From contig NEEC01000020.1 in the NCBI GenBank assembly GCA_002189035.1, positions 310,001 to 374,000 on the forward strand: a stretch of 64,000 bases of DNA, written 5' to 3'. Origin of the DNA: Utricularia gibba (Eukaryota; Plantae; Magnoliophyta). The notes beneath the pieces were generated by a model. It saw nothing but the letters and a program-made list of their open reading frames with translations. It was not told where the DNA came from and ran no database searches. Each line of letters starts with the position of its first letter. Position 1 is the stretch's first letter. Positions 1 through 12,610 of this stretch are shown piece after piece. A program made the translations under genes and the position numbers.

Positions 1-1786
1 ACAAAGGTGGCATATGCTTCCTGCGTTTCAACATAGAGAAGAAGAGGAGAGAAAATGGGAAAACAGAAATGAGCAACATATGGTGAATCTCTATGCTTAG
101 CATTGGAATGAGACAATAATTTTTCAAAAATGCTTACCACCAGATCATCCCCAGCTTTCTTAGCTTCGACCAGAGGGACGCACAATGCATCTGGATTACC
201 ATATTGAATCTGGAGATTGGCAAATTTGTAGAAATTTAAACGATCTGAAACACATTGTAGAAATTTAAAGAAAGTAGCATTGATACGTACTGCTGTAACA
301 GCAGCATCCGCCAGAAAATACAAGAAATCCCCATCGATTTCTAGCTGTAACAGAGGAAATATAATTTAGAGTGTAGACCAAATTTCGAATATGCTACAAA
401 GGCATCAAGCAAAAGCTCAACACTTCTGAACTAACCATGTTCCATAAGACAAGAACAGGGAAGCATGTAATGATCAAGAAGCAAATCAACCCATTGAGTT
501 TTGCCCATGGGCCAAAGCAAGGAAATAGAAGAAAGGGGCACTAAACCTTAGATGCACCAAATAATGCTTTTATCGTCCTTGCATTCGACACTAGCCTCTG
601 ATCAACAAGTTGGGTTATTTCTTGTAACACGGATTTACATTCAGGGCCTGCAGATTCGCCTATCTGAATGCCTCAATGAACACAATCAGGGACCAAACAA
701 AATGAGAAAACTAAGGCTTGTAAAGAAGATGATAACCAAATCCTTTCACCTGCTTGTCAAATTCAGTGAAATTGTAAACTGAAAGAACAACGGCAGAGCT
801 GGCAAGGCTTCCACATGTCAAATGTGGAAACTTGAGTCTGAACCACGCACTAAGAGCTCCCGCATAGGAAACACCTACCACAAACCATGAGTTATCAGCA
901 TTTGACCTATTGAGCCTCTCATTAAGAGATCCCTGCAGTGATACAAAAAAAAAGTGTCAAAAAAAGAGAAAACAAGGATGAGTTATCAGCACCCTTGGGA
1001 GTCTACCTTATAACGCATAAAACAGCAGAATAAATGTTACTTATTATTCAACAAGCACACCAACTCGTGCATCCCACAATCCGATGAAGGGAAACGGTTA
1101 AGCTACCACTTGCCTGATAATAGTTTCTGAAGGCAGCTAAATCGAATAGGGCCTGCTTTGACGAAAGGTACCTAAGATTCTCTGTCGTCAATGATCTAAA
1201 AGGCACACTTTTCCCGTAATAACGATGCTCGAGAGAAACCACAGCTGCTCCAAACTTCTTGGCCAAAACCTACAAATATTTCAAGACTCAAACGTTAGAT
1301 CACAATCCAAGGGCATGGTCTTTGTCCCAAATCCTTTTACCAGTCTTTACAACTCATATGAGAGAACGAAATCTTGGAACAAGCTTACCTTCAGATAATC
1401 ATTGGAAATTCCACCACAGGTAGACTCCCCACATATTTTCAGAAAAATGGGACCGTTAGGGAGACGAAAGTCATCAAGATACTCATAGTACCGCTGCGCA
1501 AACTGACGATGATCCTGCAGTTGTAAATGAAATGAAACAATCTCCTCAAATCCCCCGCTCCACTACCGGACAAAGGAAACTACAAAAGCAACAAACTTAC
1601 ATATGGCGAAAAGTGGTCAAGAGTTTGATTGAACCAGTGCTCTTCCGTTGTCAAATAATTCGCAGCTCCGGACACCTCCTGCCGCCGCAGAAGCCGTGGA
1701 GTTAACGAGGACGCAAAATTCACCCTTACAATCAACAGCAGCAAGCAAATAAACACCCAACGGTTTCCATCTCCGGCGAACATCAT
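1..1786 (-). CDS. Serine carboxypeptidase S28 family (prolyl carboxypeptidase/EDA2-like) protease; 5' part only, runs off the left edge
   Basis: The first exon encodes a signal peptide then WFNQTLDHFSPY. Spliced exons give DHRQFAQRYYEY...PIFLKICGE, VSLEHRYYGKS...LSSKQALFDLA, the nucleophile elbow GVSYAGALSAWFRLKFPHL, then IGESAGPECK and QYGNPD. Introns are GT-AG except one GC-AG (1113-933). Confidence 0.93.
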
Positions 1787-2013
1787 CCTCCTCCTCCTCC
1801 ACGGTAAAAATAACTAAACGACAAAATCACCGCGGCTTCTTCCGCACTCCAATAAAGCGTCCGCGTCCGCGTCCGACTCCGAGTCCAAGCCACCGCGTCA
1901 TTGTTCGATTTTTTTTTACAAGTTTATTTATTTAATTCAGATATTTGACCTTTTTTTAATTGCAATAATCATTATTATTATATTTTATTAATAAAAAAAA
2001 TGTTCGTCAACAA

Positions 2014-3335
2014 CTAGCCTTTCTGGGCAAGACTTGCATTCTTGAGCCAATTGGAGAAGCTTTCTAGGGTTTTGGTGTCTGCTCTGTAGTGCTGCTGCGT
2101 GAACTGAAGGAACATCGGCCACTTGAAATCGGGGTATTGCCTCGGCCGATCGGGGGTCAACAGCTCCGGCGGCGGCGCCACCATCTTGTCTTTATTTGGA
2201 CACAGAAAGAAGGCTAGTGAATTTCTGGAACTCTCCTTGTTAACCACCGCCCTGTGCAAGCAGCTTCTGTAAATCCCGTTCGAGAGAGCCTGAAAAATCC
2301 AATTGATTGATCGACGGAGGTTTGGGATTCTGCAAACGGATTGAACCGAGTCCTCTTACCATGAAGGTATCGCCTATGTTGACGATGAATTCGTCGAAAT
2401 TAGGGCTAATCGAGCGCCATTCTTCGTCGACGAATACTTGGAGGCCGTTGATTGATTCCTGATGAAGGATTGTGAGTGCAGTTGGATCACAATGCGGCCC
2501 GGTGCCTAATGTTTGATCCGGTCTCTGGCAAGGAGGATAGTGATTTAGTCTCATTATGGATTCATTTCCTTGGAACAGTCCTTGGAAGCGACCCTGGTTC
2601 ACTCCCAGGCTCTTCCCTAAAATCTCCATGATTGTAAGTGATAGATCATTCATTTTGCTGCAGTATTCTTGGTACAATTCCCTGCAAATGTTTCAATATG
2701 TGAGTTTTCAGTTTCTCAGCGTCGATTCTTACTAGTTTTTTCTGCAGATTCTCCGGCTCCATACCCTGTTTTTGAGAACTCTTCGCCAAGTGTTCGACGA
2801 AAGTACTCTTCCACAATGTGGGATGATTTCTCCGCAGAACACTGGAAGGATAGTGTCTCCTTCCATGGTAGCTTAGCGGAGAATCGCCCGGTGAAGCTAC
2901 TCGCGTAGCCGGAGATCTCTCCGGGCTTCCTCAGTGCCCGCTGTTTCTCCTTAACACCTAGACCGAAGAAATGCTCATTGCACCGGTGTGCTTGCCGTAT
3001 GAGGTTGTGGTCCACACCATGATTAACCACGGAGAAGAAACCGTGGCTCCGGCATGCCTCGCCCACCAGGCGGTTGGCTCTTGCCACAGCAATGGGGTCA
3101 CCATGGAGGAACGCAGCAATGTCAATGACCGGAACACGGAGCTCCGGCACGATTCCTGCACTTGGGCGTTCCTGTTCAGACCATATGAATTGAGATGGTA
3201 TACTGAGCTTGTGGCTTAAGATGGTGGCATCATGAATGGAAGGCTGTGTTTGTTCTCCATCTCCGGCATCCCCGCCAGCCGCACCGGTGCTTGCAGCTGC
3301 GTTCTCTTGCCAACGATCATGCAATGCATCACCAT
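2014..3335 (-). CDS. GA20ox: Gibberellin 20-oxidase (2OG-Fe dioxygenase), 3 exons (3335-2765, 2681-2360, 2289-2014), with an apparent -1 frameshift near the 5' end
   Basis: Shows the GA20ox signature LPWKETLS, NHYPPC, H-C-D...H iron ligands and RNSLAFF. Splice sites are canonical. The ATG at 3335 (AAAATGG) is out of frame with the conserved body. Confidence 0.93.
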
Positions 3336-3408
3336 TTTGCAGAGGCTTAAGTGATTTTCAGAGTTGTAGTAGAGAAGAGAGGTGAGTGGCTCGGTGGAGT
3401 AGAGCCCG

Positions 3409-3416
3409 TTATATAG
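3409..3416 (-). promoter_or_regulatory. TATA box of GA20ox
   Basis: CTATATAA on the minus strand about 75 bp upstream of the ATG at 3335. Confidence 0.6.
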
Positions 3417-4049
3417 CATCCATTTCAAAGGTTTTATAAATAAATTGTTAAAATAATTTTTTATTTATGTATCTTATTTCTTAAAAGAGAAATTAATAGC
3501 ATAATGAGCCATTTAAAATATTTTAATTCTGTATCTTTTTAAGCACATTTTATTAAATATATACTTTAAAACTATGATTAATGCATAAGAGTGGAGGATT
3601 GTGTTTTAAAATCAGTTTAAATTAATATGAGGTTGTCATTGATTACAAATGAAGTAAAGTATGTGATAAAATATAGAAGTTCTTTTAATTTTGCCCGAGA
3701 ATTTTTTCATAGAAGAATAAAACATAAATCATGAGAGTAGTATATTTAGAATGTACAATATCGTATAAAAATAATATGAATCTTGACATTTGAATAATTA
3801 GTTAAAATGCATTATTTTTTATTTTTTTTTATCTTGTGATAACTTCCATATTACAATAAATCATGCATACTTCTAATTCAATAGCCAACTCTAATATCAA
3901 AAAGAAAAAAATATGTAAATAGGTTAATTTTTTATAAAAAAAAAATAAAATTCTAATAGGTTCATGATAGAAAAAGTAAAATAAAATAAATTTTAATTAA
4001 AATATTAAATCCTAAATAAAAAATAATTCATTTTTGTATTGAAAATTGA

Positions 4050-4620
4050 TACCTTATATCATATATTTTTCCCATCATCCAATAATACTACATTATGTTG
4101 ATATTTAATATATCAGTATGTTTTTCGGAATCGAAAATCATAACATTGTCGATAAACAACATACATATATGTATAAAGTTTCAATCCCCAAAAAACAAAA
4201 ACACTATCAGTATTTATACATTGATTTCGAATACTTCAAAATTGTATATGAAATCATGATCTTAAAAAAATTTAAATTACTATCAATATTTATCTCAATA
4301 TTGGTATATCGATCTCCAATATCATGAACATGATTTGTGTTGGTATCCTACCTTATAAATACATTCAAAAATAAACAAGAATCGAGGCAGAGGGAATGTA
4401 ACTAAATTTTCCCTAAAAGTATGAAACGTAAGATCGTAGTGACATGTACAAAATAGATAATATCATAAAAATTAAATATGAATCTCAATTAATATTATCA
4501 AAATCTATTTCGATATTGGTATATCTACCTCGAATACCTCGAACAGTATTTGGATTGGCATCTTACCTTATGCATTCTAAAATAAATAAAATCCCCAATA
4601 TTTATGAATAATTATAACCA
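4050..4620. repeat. Degenerate internally repeated AT-rich element, possibly a non-autonomous DNA transposon relic
   Basis: Imperfect direct repeat of about 75 bp (TGGTATATC...ACCTTAT...CATTC.AAAATAAA) at about 4303-4378 and 4518-4590. No clear TIR or TSD. Confidence 0.35.
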
Positions 4621-6219
4621 TTTGGATAAATTCAAAATAGGAGTACAAAAAAAGAAGCGCATATTTGTTTTTGTGCTAAAGTTAGTCCAAAAGTAGTTAT
4701 CTTTATGTCATTTTTCACGTGATAGAGAAAGTCAAAATACAGATTTTTGCATGATTTTATTTATTTTATTTTTTACCCCAAAATAAATATTCCTAAAACA
4801 AACATGTCAAATAAAAAGCAATATAAAAATTAAATGATTAATAATTCGCGTGAAAGTCGTGTCCAATTCCAAGTGTTGGAAAATATGTTATTTTAATTAA
4901 TATTTCTAAAGTAATCGATAATTAAGTATTTCACTAAAAAAATATAGAAAATTGATTATTTCTTATAATAATCAATTTTAAATATTTTCAAAATTCCGAC
5001 TTGCATATCAAATAATGTAATTTTATTTATTGTTCTTTCAAATTCCTTAATTCTAAACCCTAAATTTAATTAACTCCAAAACCCTCTATTTTGTAAATGA
5101 AAAAGCTATGTATCTATTCACCTTTGGAAAAACCTAAAGTAATTTTCACCAACTTTAGTTTGATGTGTGGAATGAGGAGATCGATCACCAACTTTTGGCA
5201 CAACCTCAATTTTAGGGTCGTGGTCCAATTTTAGGGACGCCAATTCATTTAAAAAACAAAACCTTTAAATCTATGTTTATAGTGATTAATGTTTCAATAA
5301 AAGTATTCAAAAGTACTTTTGGTATCACATATTGGTTAGAAACGAAATAAATGACGTGATTAAATAGAGGAATCTTAAATAGAAGAATCTTACTAATCTT
5401 GTATAAGTCATTTTTCCAAAAAATGACTTTTTAAGTTTTCAAAAAGTACTATTTGGAGAATGTTTCTAAAAAACAAAAAGTAATTCTGACTTAATAATTT
5501 TTTAAAAAATAAAAATTGTTCATATTGAATAACAAAACTGCTTTTGAAACGTTTTTCTATAAATAGAAGTTCCAACAAATAGAACCTAAATTTTATTCCA
5601 TTTTGCTTCTCCATAATCATTTTTCAAGAAGAATTTAAAATAGGAAGCATCAACTTCTTTAAAAAAAAAAAAGAAACAATGAATTGATTCCACCAATCAG
5701 ACAACACTATAATTCTTTCAATCATTCTCCATCCTCATTATGGAAATTCCAAAACAACAAGAAAATACTTCTCTGCATGCTCTAAAATTGTTCTTTTTTA
5801 TTTTTCTTCATTATGAAAAAAAAATTAAAAAACCTGAGGCAGGGACAAAAATTCGAGTTGGGAATGAGGGGAGTGGCGAGCAGGTTCACATGGGCCAAAC
5901 AGACACACAGACAAAGGAGCAAAGGGACAAAAGACTGTTGATCAGAGAAGACAAAAACAAGGAACAGTGTCATGATACCCACCTTAGTTTTGCTGTAAGA
6001 AAACCCTACTTTTGTCGCCCATTCTCCTGGTTTTTCGTTCTGTTGGAGCCACTGTGGGGGGATGAATGGGGGACAGGGCGATCTCCCCCGATCTCGCCTG
6101 CCATTGGATTCTAGCGGGGAAGCCAATGTGCGATGGATCGATCTCTCATAATACTCTACCTACATGTAATGTAAAAAGGAGGAGTATGATCGACCCTTAC
6201 TTTCGGAGTTGTTTGATAC

Positions 6220-7465
6220 TATAAAACGAGTTTAGTTTATTTGGATTTAAATAAGAATGATGTAACGTACATCGTTTTTTGAGAAAATTACAAATATAAC
6301 AACTCAAGTTTCAATTAGTATAACTAGTATAATTCTAATATTTTGAAATTGTAAAAAATTCATTTCAAGTTGTCAAAACCGTTTTATGAAAACCTAAATA
6401 ATTTTCAAAACTTTTAAAAAATGAACCAAATATGAGAGATTAAATATACAACCAATACATATAAATGATAAATTAAAAATGAAAGGTTAAATATATAAAA
6501 AAAATATCAAAATAATTGTGAAAATCATTCAACCAAGACCCAAACATAAAGTTTAAATATACAATTTTATAAATTGAGGGGCAAATTGTTTACACAAAAT
6601 GTAAATTAAAGGACCTATAATGTAATTTTAAAACTTGAAGTTTAAATTCTTTATATTGATGGTAATTTGAGGTGTCAATGTCAAATTTTACCCATTTTTT
6701 TGGTATATAATATTTAATAAATAAAAAATATATACTAGATCGGTAAGATATATAGATGTAGATATGTGAATTAGTCCATTCATGAATTCAGATACGTCGA
6801 TTTGTGATTTAAAAAATTATAGATGTATTTGATTAATTTCAATTTATAATATTTAAATTATATTAAAATAATTTTAAAATACTAAAATAAAATAATTTTA
6901 ATTAAAATATGAATATTTAAAAACATTTAAATAAAAATGATAATCTATAAACGTAATCCTCGGACTTTGAATAACGGAAAATGACGACAATCGATGGATG
7001 ATGATCGAGTATTTGAGATGAAAACGAAAATATGAACAAAAAAATCAAATGAATAAATTTGAATTTTGATTATTTAATTAAATAATATTAAAATTAATGA
7101 TTAAAAATACTAAATCCGATGACAATTCGCGCCACCTGCGCACACCATGTGCGAGAATCATCGCACATACACGTGATCTTGTGTGAGAAATCTGATCCTT
7201 TTTTTTTATTTTAATATGTGAGATATAATATAAAAATAGCAAATTTTTAAATGAATATGAAGAGATGGGGCATATAGATTTAAATAAGCATTTTTTTTTG
7301 TAGAATTAGATAAACCCTTTTAAATCTCGAATTTATTTAGACTCACGACAAAGCAACACAATAGAAATTGTAATCCTTATGTTAAAACGCGAAAAGAGTA
7401 TTTTATTTATGGGGTTGGTATAAAACGAGTTTACTTTATTTGAGTATAAATAAGAATAATATAAT
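6220..7465 (+). repeat. Dispersed direct repeat of about 46 bp (copies at 6220-6265 and 7419-7465)
   Basis: TATAAAACGAGTTTAGTTTATTTGGATTTAAATAAGAAT versus TATAAAACGAGTTTACTTTATTTGAGTATAAATAAGAAT. Confidence 0.7.
6280..6692. mobile_element. Degenerate Mutator-like MITE with long imperfect terminal inverted repeats
   Basis: Left end GAGAAAATTAC...ACAACTCAAGTTTCAATTAGTATAA resembles the reverse complement of the right end, GGGTAAAATTTG...ACACCTCAAATTACCATCAATATAA. The interior is AT-rich and non-coding. TSD not resolved. Confidence 0.45.
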
Positions 7466-7900
7466 ATAATTAATATTTATATGATTGGTAAAACATTTCA
7501 AATTAAACAAAAGAATTAGAAATATATGTTTAAATAAATCCTATTTCATAGACTTAAATAAAATGGTCTCAATTCCGAATTTATTTTAACTGCTGCAGTT
7601 TATGCAATTTAATTTATATCTAATATATGAGTTTGTGTTATATAATAAATGATACTATATATTTATTTTTTAAAATCCATGTTATTTAATACAAAGTAAA
7701 ATTAATTGGAATGATTTTTTTTAATTTAATACAGTAAATTGAATGGGAAATAGAACTCGCTTTTCGCATCCGAGCCTCTGAGCGCTGTGCACGTGTCCGT
7801 GTGATTGCAGTGATGAGGCAGCGAGGGAGCACGCTGCGGTTTTGCCAAATACGAATCGCAAGAACTCTGTTGCCATTTTTGCCTAATTTTGTGAGCCCTA

Positions 7901-9828
7901 ATGGCAAAGGATCGCGTTTCAGGTTGGAAAGGGTTTTTTTTTTGGTTTCAATCTTGTTATTGGGGATGTGAATAGGTTTTCTTGTAGCGTGATTTGTGGG
8001 AGTTTTTGTATTGCAATCTGTTAATGGGATAGTTATGGCAATGTTTCTTGTTTTGATTATTCTATTGGCCGCTTTTTAGAATTCTGGAGTTCGTTATTTC
8101 GAAAAGCGAGACGGTTTTGGTTGTCTTCAGGGGTTTCTTCCCTGAGAAAAGGGCGATGTGGAATTTGGATTTTTCAGGTTTTAGAATTGGAAACTAGCCT
8201 GCTAATGTATTAGTGATTGCTTGATGAGACTGTCATGCCATAGCTAATGGCTTTTGTATTCTCTTTGTTTCTAACTTGGAACTTGCTAGGTGATCTTGAA
8301 CATCTTTCCCTGAAAGACCATGGAGGCCCTACTGGGAAAGGGGCTCTTGTTGTTTGCTTTGGCGAAATGTTGGTGGACTTTGTACCCGATGTGAGTGGAG
8401 TTTCACTTGCTGAAGCCCCTTCCTTCAAAAAAGCTCCAGGTGGTGCACCTGCCAATGTTGCTGTTTGTGTGGCAAAGCTAGGAGGCTCAGCAGCGTTCAT
8501 CGGGAAGGTAATTCCGTTTTCTGTTGGATACATTGCTCCACATTGTATCGGAGTTTCGTTTAGGCATTTGATGTGGTATTTGGATTGATGACCTTTTTTT
8601 TGTGTGTATCTCATAGGTTCGAGGTTCTAGATATCCAAACTCTTTTTCCTACATGAGTGTACTTGTCTTTGTGTGATGAAAAGCTGGGGTATTTTTGTCA
8701 TAGGTAGGCGACGATGAATTTGGGCATATGCTTGCCAACATTCTGAAGGAAAATAAAGTTGACAATTCTGGTATGCGGTTCGACTCCTCAGCCAGAACTT
8801 CTCTGGCATTTATTTCACTAAGAGCAGATGGAGAACGTGAGTTTATGTTTTACCGTCATCCCAGTGCTGATATGCGCTTGTGCAAGCAAGAACTCAATGT
8901 GGATCTTGTGGAAAAGGTTTGTCTTCCATCCTTTCTAAGGCTCGCCTCTTGAGAATCAATACCTTAAGTCACCCTCTAAGTCCTTGCTACTGAATACAGG
9001 CTACCATTTTTCACTATGGCTCTATCAGCCTTATTGAGGATCCATGCAGATCAACCCAGATTTTTGCAATGGGGATCGCCAAGAGATCGGGCAGCTTGCT
9101 ATCTTATGATCCAAATTTAAGGTTACCATTGTGGCCTTCCGAAGATGCTGCAAGGAAAGGCATCATGGCTGTATGGGATCATGCCGACATCATCAAGGTA
9201 TTTGGGCCAAAAAAACTAGACCTCAACATGTGTTTCCTATTCATGTGACTCAACATCCTTCCCTGATGTAACAGATAAGCGAGGAGGAAATATCTTTCCT
9301 AACCGAAGGTAATGATCCACAAGACGATGCTGTTGTGTTAAGCAAGCTGTTCCATCCGAATCTGCGGCTTCTTCTGGTAAGCGAAGGAAAGGCTGGCTGC
9401 AGATACTACACAAGGGTTAGTTTCCAGAAAAGTTTGCATTTTGATTCAACCGTGTGCTCTGCATCAGTTCAAAACTTTCTTTGTTCATACAGCAATTCAA
9501 GGGGCGAGTTCCAGGTGTCAAGGTTAAGCCGATCGACACAAACGGAGCTGGTGACGCATTCATGGGTGCATTTCTCCATTGTCTTGCTTCAGATCCCAAC
9601 ATTCTCCAAGTATCATCTCAATTCCAAATTTTCCAGAGGTGTTTCTGAGAAGCATTTTGTTTCTGCTAACCTGAAAAAAAACGTTGGCAGGAGGAGCAAA
9701 GGCTGAGAGAGGCTCTCCTGTTTGCAAACGCTTGTGGGGCGATCACGGTGACGAGGAACGGCGCGATCCCCGCACTACCCACGAACGAGGAGGTCTACCG
9801 ACTCATCACTAACAGTAAACAGGAGTAA
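7901..9828 (+). CDS. FRK7: Fructokinase (pfkB family), FRK6/7-type; 7 coding exons, first exon 7901-7922
   Basis: Spliced protein [13 protein letters not shown]...[14 protein letters not shown]...[18 protein letters not shown]...VGDDEFG...[16 protein letters not shown]...[10 protein letters not shown]...DTNGAGDAF...GAIPALP. Sites are GT-AG and the stop is TAA at 9826-9828. Confidence 0.95.
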
Positions 9829-10033
9829 GAAATAAACCAGGAGGTTTCAGATTTGTTCTTGCTTTCATCATTTCACAGTCTCCTGGTGTTATCTTCTTGG
9901 ATAGTTTACATTTTAGCTGATTCTTCCTTAGGTAATTGGGATTCCTAACCTCCTGAGGAAAATGTACGATTGAAAAAACTCAATAATGATTCAGCAATAG
10001 GTTACAGCATTGTTTCCCGAGAGCGGGAGTCAT

Positions 10034-11579
10034 CTACCGGACGGCGGCGGCCATAACCGCAGCCATTGTTTCCAATAGTAGTGACTCCAAGATTTGATTT
10101 TGGATTTCGGGTATCAGCGTATTTGCTTCCTCTTCCAAGTAGGCATGACTAAACGGTGGCGGCTTCTCAGCGTTGAAATCACTCTCGATCAAGCCATCGA
10201 TATCGCCCGGAAACTTGCAATCGGCCGCCGGGAACTTGTCTATTTCATCCCATATTTGATCGAATATATCTGAATCGTTGTGATTCCTCTGGTGCTTCAA
10301 GCTGTCCGCCAAAATCTCGTTCACAGCCTGAAAAATCAGCTTTCTGTTGCACCGGTGGCGCAGATCACCGCCGGCGATGGGATGGAATAGTTCGAGGTAG
10401 AAGAAGATTGATGCGTCCAAGGGATGTGAAATGTCCAGCAACTTTGCTGTGGCAAATGGAGTAGTCGGAATCCCCTTGTTCATAAAGCCCGCCCTTTTCA
10501 GGATTCTTCGTACGTATCTCTTGTACTCCGTCGTCGTCGTGGCGCAGTTGTCTCCCGGGAGTATGGATGCTTCCTCGAGATGGAGATGCTGCCGCATGTG
10601 GCTCGTCTTCCACAAAAGAAAACTCAGTGAGATCGCACGCTAGGTGTTTGATTGATGAAATCATCCAGGGATCATCTGATTTTACCAGAAGTTCAGACAT
10701 TTGGTGAATGGAAGAAAGAGATACCTCTCGTGGTGGCAACCTTGTTGCTGCAACTCTCTTCGCCTTGACCGGAGAGCGAGAATGCGCTATGGGTGTTTCT
10801 TCTACCTTGGACTTGCTGTTTTCTGGGGTTGCTTTTCTTCTTGCTGCTGACTCAAAAAAAGGCTCCTTTTTCACCTTCTTGTAGGTGTGACAATCAGAAC
10901 CTTTTCTACTCTTCTTCAAAGTGCTCTGCTGCAGGTTTCTCACCTTTGTTGCTCGACGAATCTCTTGACAATCACAGGAAGTTGGAGTTCTTGAATTTGC
11001 ATTGGTGATATCATGAAGCACATTTCTTCTTCCAACGCGTTCGCTAACTTTTCTCCTTACATGTACCCCCATCGGAGATGTACTCTGGTCCGCAGGCGGC
11101 GGCGGAGTGGCTGCTCGTCTTCTCCGGTGGGATACCTCTGTATCAAGTCTTCTGCTGTCTTTTTCTCTCGGTACGTGTAGAGACATCCTCTGTTGATGAT
11201 ACCCAGATGAGGATCCTTTCAGTGGCAAGACAGCATCAAATGAATGCCTCTTGGGGTCGTTGAGAAGAAAATCAGCAAAAAGGGATCTCGTCCTCGGTGT
11301 ATAACATGAAAGTGAAGGAGATATGGGTTCTGAGATCATCAACTCCAGCCCCATCAGCCGCGCAACAGGGCCCGGAGATCTCAACTCCGGCGGCGCCGGG
11401 CTCCTCGAAGCTGAGAGCCCTGTTCTGATCTCATTCACAAGTACGTGATTCACTCGCATCTCTCCTTCTTCCTGCTGTTTAAAAGCTCGTTGCTTCAAAC
11501 CTCCCCCTCTCATGGCAGCTTCAACAAGGCGAAGAAGTGAACTCAAGCAGCCCCCAGAAGCAGCGTAGTCACCCTCCAT
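10034..11579 (-). CDS. TON1-recruiting-motif (TRM)/LONGIFOLIA-like protein with VARLMGL motif and C-terminal DUF4378
   Basis: SPGPVARLMGLE motif, N-terminal GCLSSLL, and C-terminal RKLIFQAVNEIL and EIQNQILESLLLE. A putative phase-0 intron at 10724-10640 joins the two long ORFs. Confidence 0.8.
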
Positions 11580-12513
11580 TTCTCCAACAGCACAACCAAG
11601 AGTGCACTCTGCAACTTGTGAAGAAGAAGAAGAATGACAAGGGAGCAGCGGTTGGGTAGAAGACAAGACTGCAAACCCGCTCACCCAAGCACCAGAGCAG
11701 GTTCCCGGGCCCCTTGAGGTTTAAATTTGCATTGCTTAATTTCCCTTCCAAAACCAGAGGCGCTGCTCATCTCAGCGCTCAGCCATCAGCAGTCTGAGTT
11801 GGAGGAAGTAAGCAAAGCGGGAGGAGGGCAGATGGGTTGCTTGCATCGCGCTGCGTTGAACGGGAAATAGCTTTAAATTCTGTGCAGAAACTGGTGACAA
11901 CTTGCCGCCTGCCCCTGCCCAGCACTGGATCGTTGCTTGTATGACTCAACCACCGTGGCAGGCGCCCTGACCCGCACACTACACGGCTATCCCTTTCATT
12001 CTCCCTCTTTTTCTTTTTAAAAAAACTAGTCTGTAGCTTTAAAATAACAAATATATTTAATATGGTAATTTCAATTATTTAATTTTAGGTTTAATAAGTA
12101 ATATGTAGCAAGGGCAATCATTTTATTTCACTAGTTCAATATGATATCGACAACTGTTTTAAGGGCTCGGTTCAAAGAATGATGAAAATACGTTAAATGA
12201 ATTTCACATCAGTTATACATATGAATTGTTTATATAGATAGATTTGTATTAATCTTACATGATATTTTTTATTAAAAGAAGAAATTGTAAAATTATATAG
12301 ATTATGAGTTCAAAACAAACAATATCATATAAGAATAATAATTATTTTTTATCAGTACAAGTTCCGTATATTATTTAAATAAAACCACATTATTATTTCT
12401 GAATTTTCAATATCTCTCGGGCCAAATTTTATTTTTAAAATTTTGTTAATATTACATTTTTGGAGATATTTTTTAAAAAAAAAAGCAGGAGAAAATCAAC
12501 ATTTAAAATCAAG

Positions 12514-12539
12514 TATATATATATATATATATATATATA
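12514..12539. repeat. (TA)13 microsatellite
   Basis: Read directly from the sequence. Confidence 0.95.
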
Positions 12540-12610
12540 ATGGGGGCGCGGTAAAAGAGAAAGTAGATTGCATTTTCCACCCCCATTTTATTTTGTGCAA
12601 AGGCCTTCCT

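Noticed and set aside
2669-3219. Plus-strand ORFs antisense to GA20ox, and similar shadow ORFs over the peroxidase, PHI, LTP, UBA1 and EXO70 genes
   Set aside because: They are by-products of GC-rich codon usage on the coding strand. They show no motifs and many begin at GTG/TTG.
5050-5240. AAACCCTAAA / TTTTAGGG telomere-like words
   Set aside because: Only isolated single units in AT-rich DNA, not an interstitial telomeric array.
7150-7175. Small hairpin TGTGCGA-GAATCA-TCGCACA as a Helitron 3' end
   Set aside because: No CTRR terminus follows at the expected distance, and the 7-bp stem could be chance.
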